Sequence record: SRR31156797_2598
Direction: 5' to 3' (one strand)
DNA length: 64,000 nucleotides
Below, piece after piece: positions 61,363-64,000 of this stretch. The notes below the pieces were generated by a model. That model saw only the letters and a list, made by a program, of their open reading frames with translations, was not told the DNA's origin and ran no database searches. A program made the translations under genes and the position numbers. Each line of letters begins with the position of its first letter. The stretch's first letter is position 1.

Positions 61363-62655
61363 ATGGAAGAGGCACAGTTTGATGTAATAATTGTAGGCGG
61401 AGGTATAGCAGGTGCTACTGCTGCATTGAAGCTTGCAAGAGAAGGGCTTGAGGTTGTTGTTGTTGAGAGAGGCAACTTCTCAGGAGCTAAAAATATGACA
61501 GGAGGCAGGCTCTATAGTCATAGTTTGAAAGGACTTATCCCAGATTTTGAAGATATAGCACCTGTCGAGAGAAAAGTTACTCAGGAAAGGGTCAGCATGA
61601 TGACTGAGACGGGAATGACTACAGTTGGTTTTATGAGTGAAAACCTTGCGGTTGAGTCTAAAGATTCATATATCGTTTTACGTAGTGTTTTTGATAGATG
61701 GCTTATGGAAATGGCCGAAGAAGCAGGAGCTATGCCTGTTCCTAGTATCTGTGTTGATGACCTTGTATATAGAGACGGAAAAGTTGTTGGTATTAAAGCT
61801 GGCGACGAAGATATGTTTGCAGATGTCGTGATACTGGCAGATGGAGCAAACTCTCTCTTAGTGGAAAAGTGTGGACTGCGTAAGAAAAGGATAACTTCTC
61901 ATGAAATTGCAGTTGGTGCTAAAGAAGTTATTCAGCTTGGAGAGAAGACAATTGAGGACAGGTTTAACCTTATTGAAAATGAAGGTCTGTCGTGGCTTTT
62001 TGCTGGTTATCCTTCAGCAGGAAGCATAGGGGGGGGATTACTATACACTAATAGAGATAGCATATCTTTAGGTGTTGTAGTGACTTTGGAAGAGTTTAAA
62101 AAGCAGAAAAAATCTTTGCATGAGATGCTTGAAGATTTTAAGCAGCATCCCGCAGTTAAACCTCTGATAAAAGATGGGAAACTTGTCGAATATTCTGGTC
62201 ATATGGTTCCTGAAGGAGGATATAATATGATCTCTGATCTATATTCTGACGGTATTATGGTTATAGGCGATGCAGCAGGACTTGTGATTAACGCAGGTTA
62301 TACAGTAAGGGGTATGGACTTGGCTGTGGGCTCAGCTATCGCAGCAGCAGATGCTGTTATAGAAGCCAAAGCAAAGAATGACTTTTCTGCTGCCTCATTA
62401 TCTAAATATAAAAAACTATTGGATAGTAGTTTCGTCATGAGAGATATGAAAAATGTTAAGAATTTCCCTGCTTTCATGGAAAATCATAGAATTTTCAATG
62501 ATTATCCGGCAATGGCAGAGAAGATGATGTCTAATTTGTTTGTTGTCGATGGAGAACTACCAAAAAGTATGTTCAGCAAGATGGTTGACCCTGTGAAAGA
62601 AGTCGGAATTATGAATCTGTTGAAAGACGGAATCAAAGGAGTACGAGCACTATGA
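61363..62655 (+). CDS. fixC: ETF:quinone oxidoreductase FixC
   Basis: GGGIAG, ERG...GAKN.TGGRLY, EYS.H.VPEGG and GDAAG motifs. Confidence 0.92.
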   Translation: MEEAQFDVIIVGGGIAGATAALKLAREGLEVVVVERGNFSGAKNMTGGRLYSHSLKGLIPDFEDIAPVERKVTQERVSMMTETGMTTVGFMSENLAVESKDSYIVLRSVFDRWLMEMAEEAGAMPVPSICVDDLVYRDGKVVGIKAGDEDMFADVVILADGANSLLVEKCGLRKKRITSHEIAVGAKEVIQLGEKTIEDRFNLIENEGLSWLFAGYPSAGSIGGGLLYTNRDSISLGVVVTLEEFKKQKKSLHEMLEDFKQHPAVKPLIKDGKLVEYSGHMVPEGGYNMISDLYSDGIMVIGDAAGLVINAGYTVRGMDLAVGSAIAAADAVIEAKAKNDFSAASLSKYKKLLDSSFVMRDMKNVKNFPAFMENHRIFNDYPAMAEKMMSNLFVVDGELPKSMFSKMVDPVKEVGIMNLLKDGIKGVRAL

Positions 62656-62936
62656 GTAACCGTATAACTGTTGAAGAGAAGCTTGCTGTAGACAAGTTCT
62701 ATGTAGATGAGGAATATCCGCATATTGAGGTAGATAAAGCCGCGTCGGTAGAGGATATTATGGTTCTCGTGAGAGCTTGTCCTGCGGGGCTTTACAAATA
62801 TGACGATGGTGTTTTAAAGTTTGATTATGCCGGGTGCTTTGAGTGCGGCACATGTCGGATACTAGGCACTGGGAATGTCGTCACAAAATGGACATTTCCG
62901 AAAGGCTCCATGGGTATAGAATACAGGTTTGGTTAA
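62652..62936 (+). CDS. fixX: Ferredoxin-like FixX
   Basis: ACPAGLY, GCFECGTCR and W..P.G..G..YRFG motifs. Confidence 0.92.
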   Translation: MSNRITVEEKLAVDKFYVDEEYPHIEVDKAASVEDIMVLVRACPAGLYKYDDGVLKFDYAGCFECGTCRILGTGNVVTKWTFPKGSMGIEYRFG

Positions 62937-62940
62937 TTAG

Positions 62941-62968
62941 AAGCCCCTTTTTAAGGGGCTTTTTTTTT
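62941..62968 (+). terminator. Intrinsic terminator after fixX
   Basis: AAGCCCCTT-TTT-AAGGGGCTT followed by a T run. Confidence 0.9.
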
Positions 62969-63176
62969 CGTAATATTTCATCTCAGAATAATCAAATCTA
63001 GACTTATGCGGGCAGGTTTCAAAATTATTTTGTTTCTGCTTGCTTTGAAAGTGTTACCTTTTGGAACTCATATGAAACAATCTTTTACAAAAGTAAACAG
63101 TTGTTGTCTTCAATTAAATCTCAAATCAATTATAAATATCATATGTATAAGCTTTTTATCTTTGTACAGGGAAGCA

Positions 63177-63192
63177 TGGCACTGTGTTTGCA
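63177..63192 (+). promoter_or_regulatory. Sigma54 promoter
   Basis: TGGCAC-TGTGT-TTGCA, a perfect consensus match. Confidence 0.9.
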
Positions 63193-63233
63193 ATAGAAAT
63201 AAATGATCGCTTGTAACAAATTTGGAGGTACAT

Positions 63234-64000
63234 ATGATTTACAAACATCACGATTCTGTTGCTAAGAACACAGACAACTTAACACAGAAATGGTTCGGCT
63301 TTTTTCTTGCAGTATTGATAGGTGGATTGTTTTTAATTGCTAATCCTGTAGAGACTTTTGCTGCAACAAATCTTAAAGAAATGTTTAAAGAAGGAACATT
63401 GTCTGGAGAGATCAGGTACAGGAACTTTACTAGAAACTATGACGAATCGTCAAGAGACAGGAACGACAATGCTCTTGGTACTTTATTTAAATATACTTCT
63501 GGTGAGCTTTACGGAGTCAGCCTAGGGATAAGTTATCTGAGTACATCAGATATCAACAGTAACGATGATAAAAACGTTTATGGTCTTGTGAAAAATGATA
63601 ACGGAGATCACGAAAGTTATACTAAACTGGGTGAATATTATGTGAAAGGTTCATGGTTTAACACCGATATTATTGCAGGTTCACATGAAATATTTACTCC
63701 GTTCCTTAACAAATGGGATTTTCGTATGCACCCGAAACTTTATAAAGGCGTGTCTGTTATCAACAAAAGTATAAATGGTCTTGAAGTTCAAGGTCACTAT
63801 ATTTCTCAGATACTTCAATATAATAACGACGAGTATCAGAGCATTTCAAGTGGGTACAGTGCGTCTATTGATGAAAAAAAACCACTCGCAATTCTTGGCG
63901 CTAAATACACTCTGCCAGAAAGTATTGTAAATAAAGTTACTCTTCAGGGGTGGACATATAGGATGCCTGATGTCTACAGTTTTAACTATCTAACTGCTAG
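63234..64000 (+). CDS. OprD-family-like outer-membrane porin, 3'-truncated by window edge (missing from ORF track)
   Basis: GGAGG SD; frame open to the window end; signal peptide followed by LKEMFKEG..SGEIR...F, LGE.Y and TPFL...D.RM.P. Confidence 0.75.
   Translation, partial: MIYKHHDSVAKNTDNLTQKWFGFFLAVLIGGLFLIANPVETFAATNLKEMFKEGTLSGEIRYRNFTRNYDESSRDRNDNALGTLFKYTSGELYGVSLGISYLSTSDINSNDDKNVYGLVKNDNGDHESYTKLGEYYVKGSWFNTDIIAGSHEIFTPFLNKWDFRMHPKLYKGVSVINKSINGLEVQGHYISQILQYNNDEYQSISSGYSASIDEKKPLAILGAKYTLPESIVNKVTLQGWTYRMPDVYSFNYLTA

Noticed and set aside
63006-63206. 66-aa ORF
   Set aside because: Overlaps the enhancer and the perfect sigma54 promoter of the porin.

Overview
AT-rich bacterial chromosomal window from an anaerobic respirer. 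The gene content suggests a Deferribacterota/deltaproteobacterium-like organism, but taxonomy is inferred only. I saw no rRNA, tRNA, CRISPR array or transposase. Modules from left to right: (1) PhoX phosphatase, a heme-c/TolB-propeller protein, an unannotated 34-aa Lys-rich peptide, a cytochrome P460-family protein with a two-component system, an exported PTP-type phosphatase and two tandem ArnT-like transferases. (2) A sigma54/FhlA-like-controlled porin, decaheme cytochrome and OmcB-like lipoprotein cytochrome (extracellular electron conduit). (3) A second two-component operon containing a hidden 29-aa membrane peptide. (4) The most notable element, a TetR-controlled minus-strand cluster: porin, hexaheme cytochrome, Tat-lipoprotein DmsA-like molybdoenzyme, DmsB, radical SAM protein, TorD/DmsD chaperone, polyferredoxin, unannotated TatA, second chaperone, heme-c chemoreceptor and an orphan GspD secretin. 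It has no DmsC anchor and looks like a self-contained, surface-displayed reductase. (5) An AraC regulon of aldo-keto reductases and hydrolases with three shared binding boxes and an embedded Tat-DUF362/Fe-S module. (6) A sigma54-controlled caiABC-fixABCX-like cluster lacking caiD and caiT in this window, with a probably co-regulated OprD-like porin running off the right end. All family calls are by-eye motif recognition; no searches were run.
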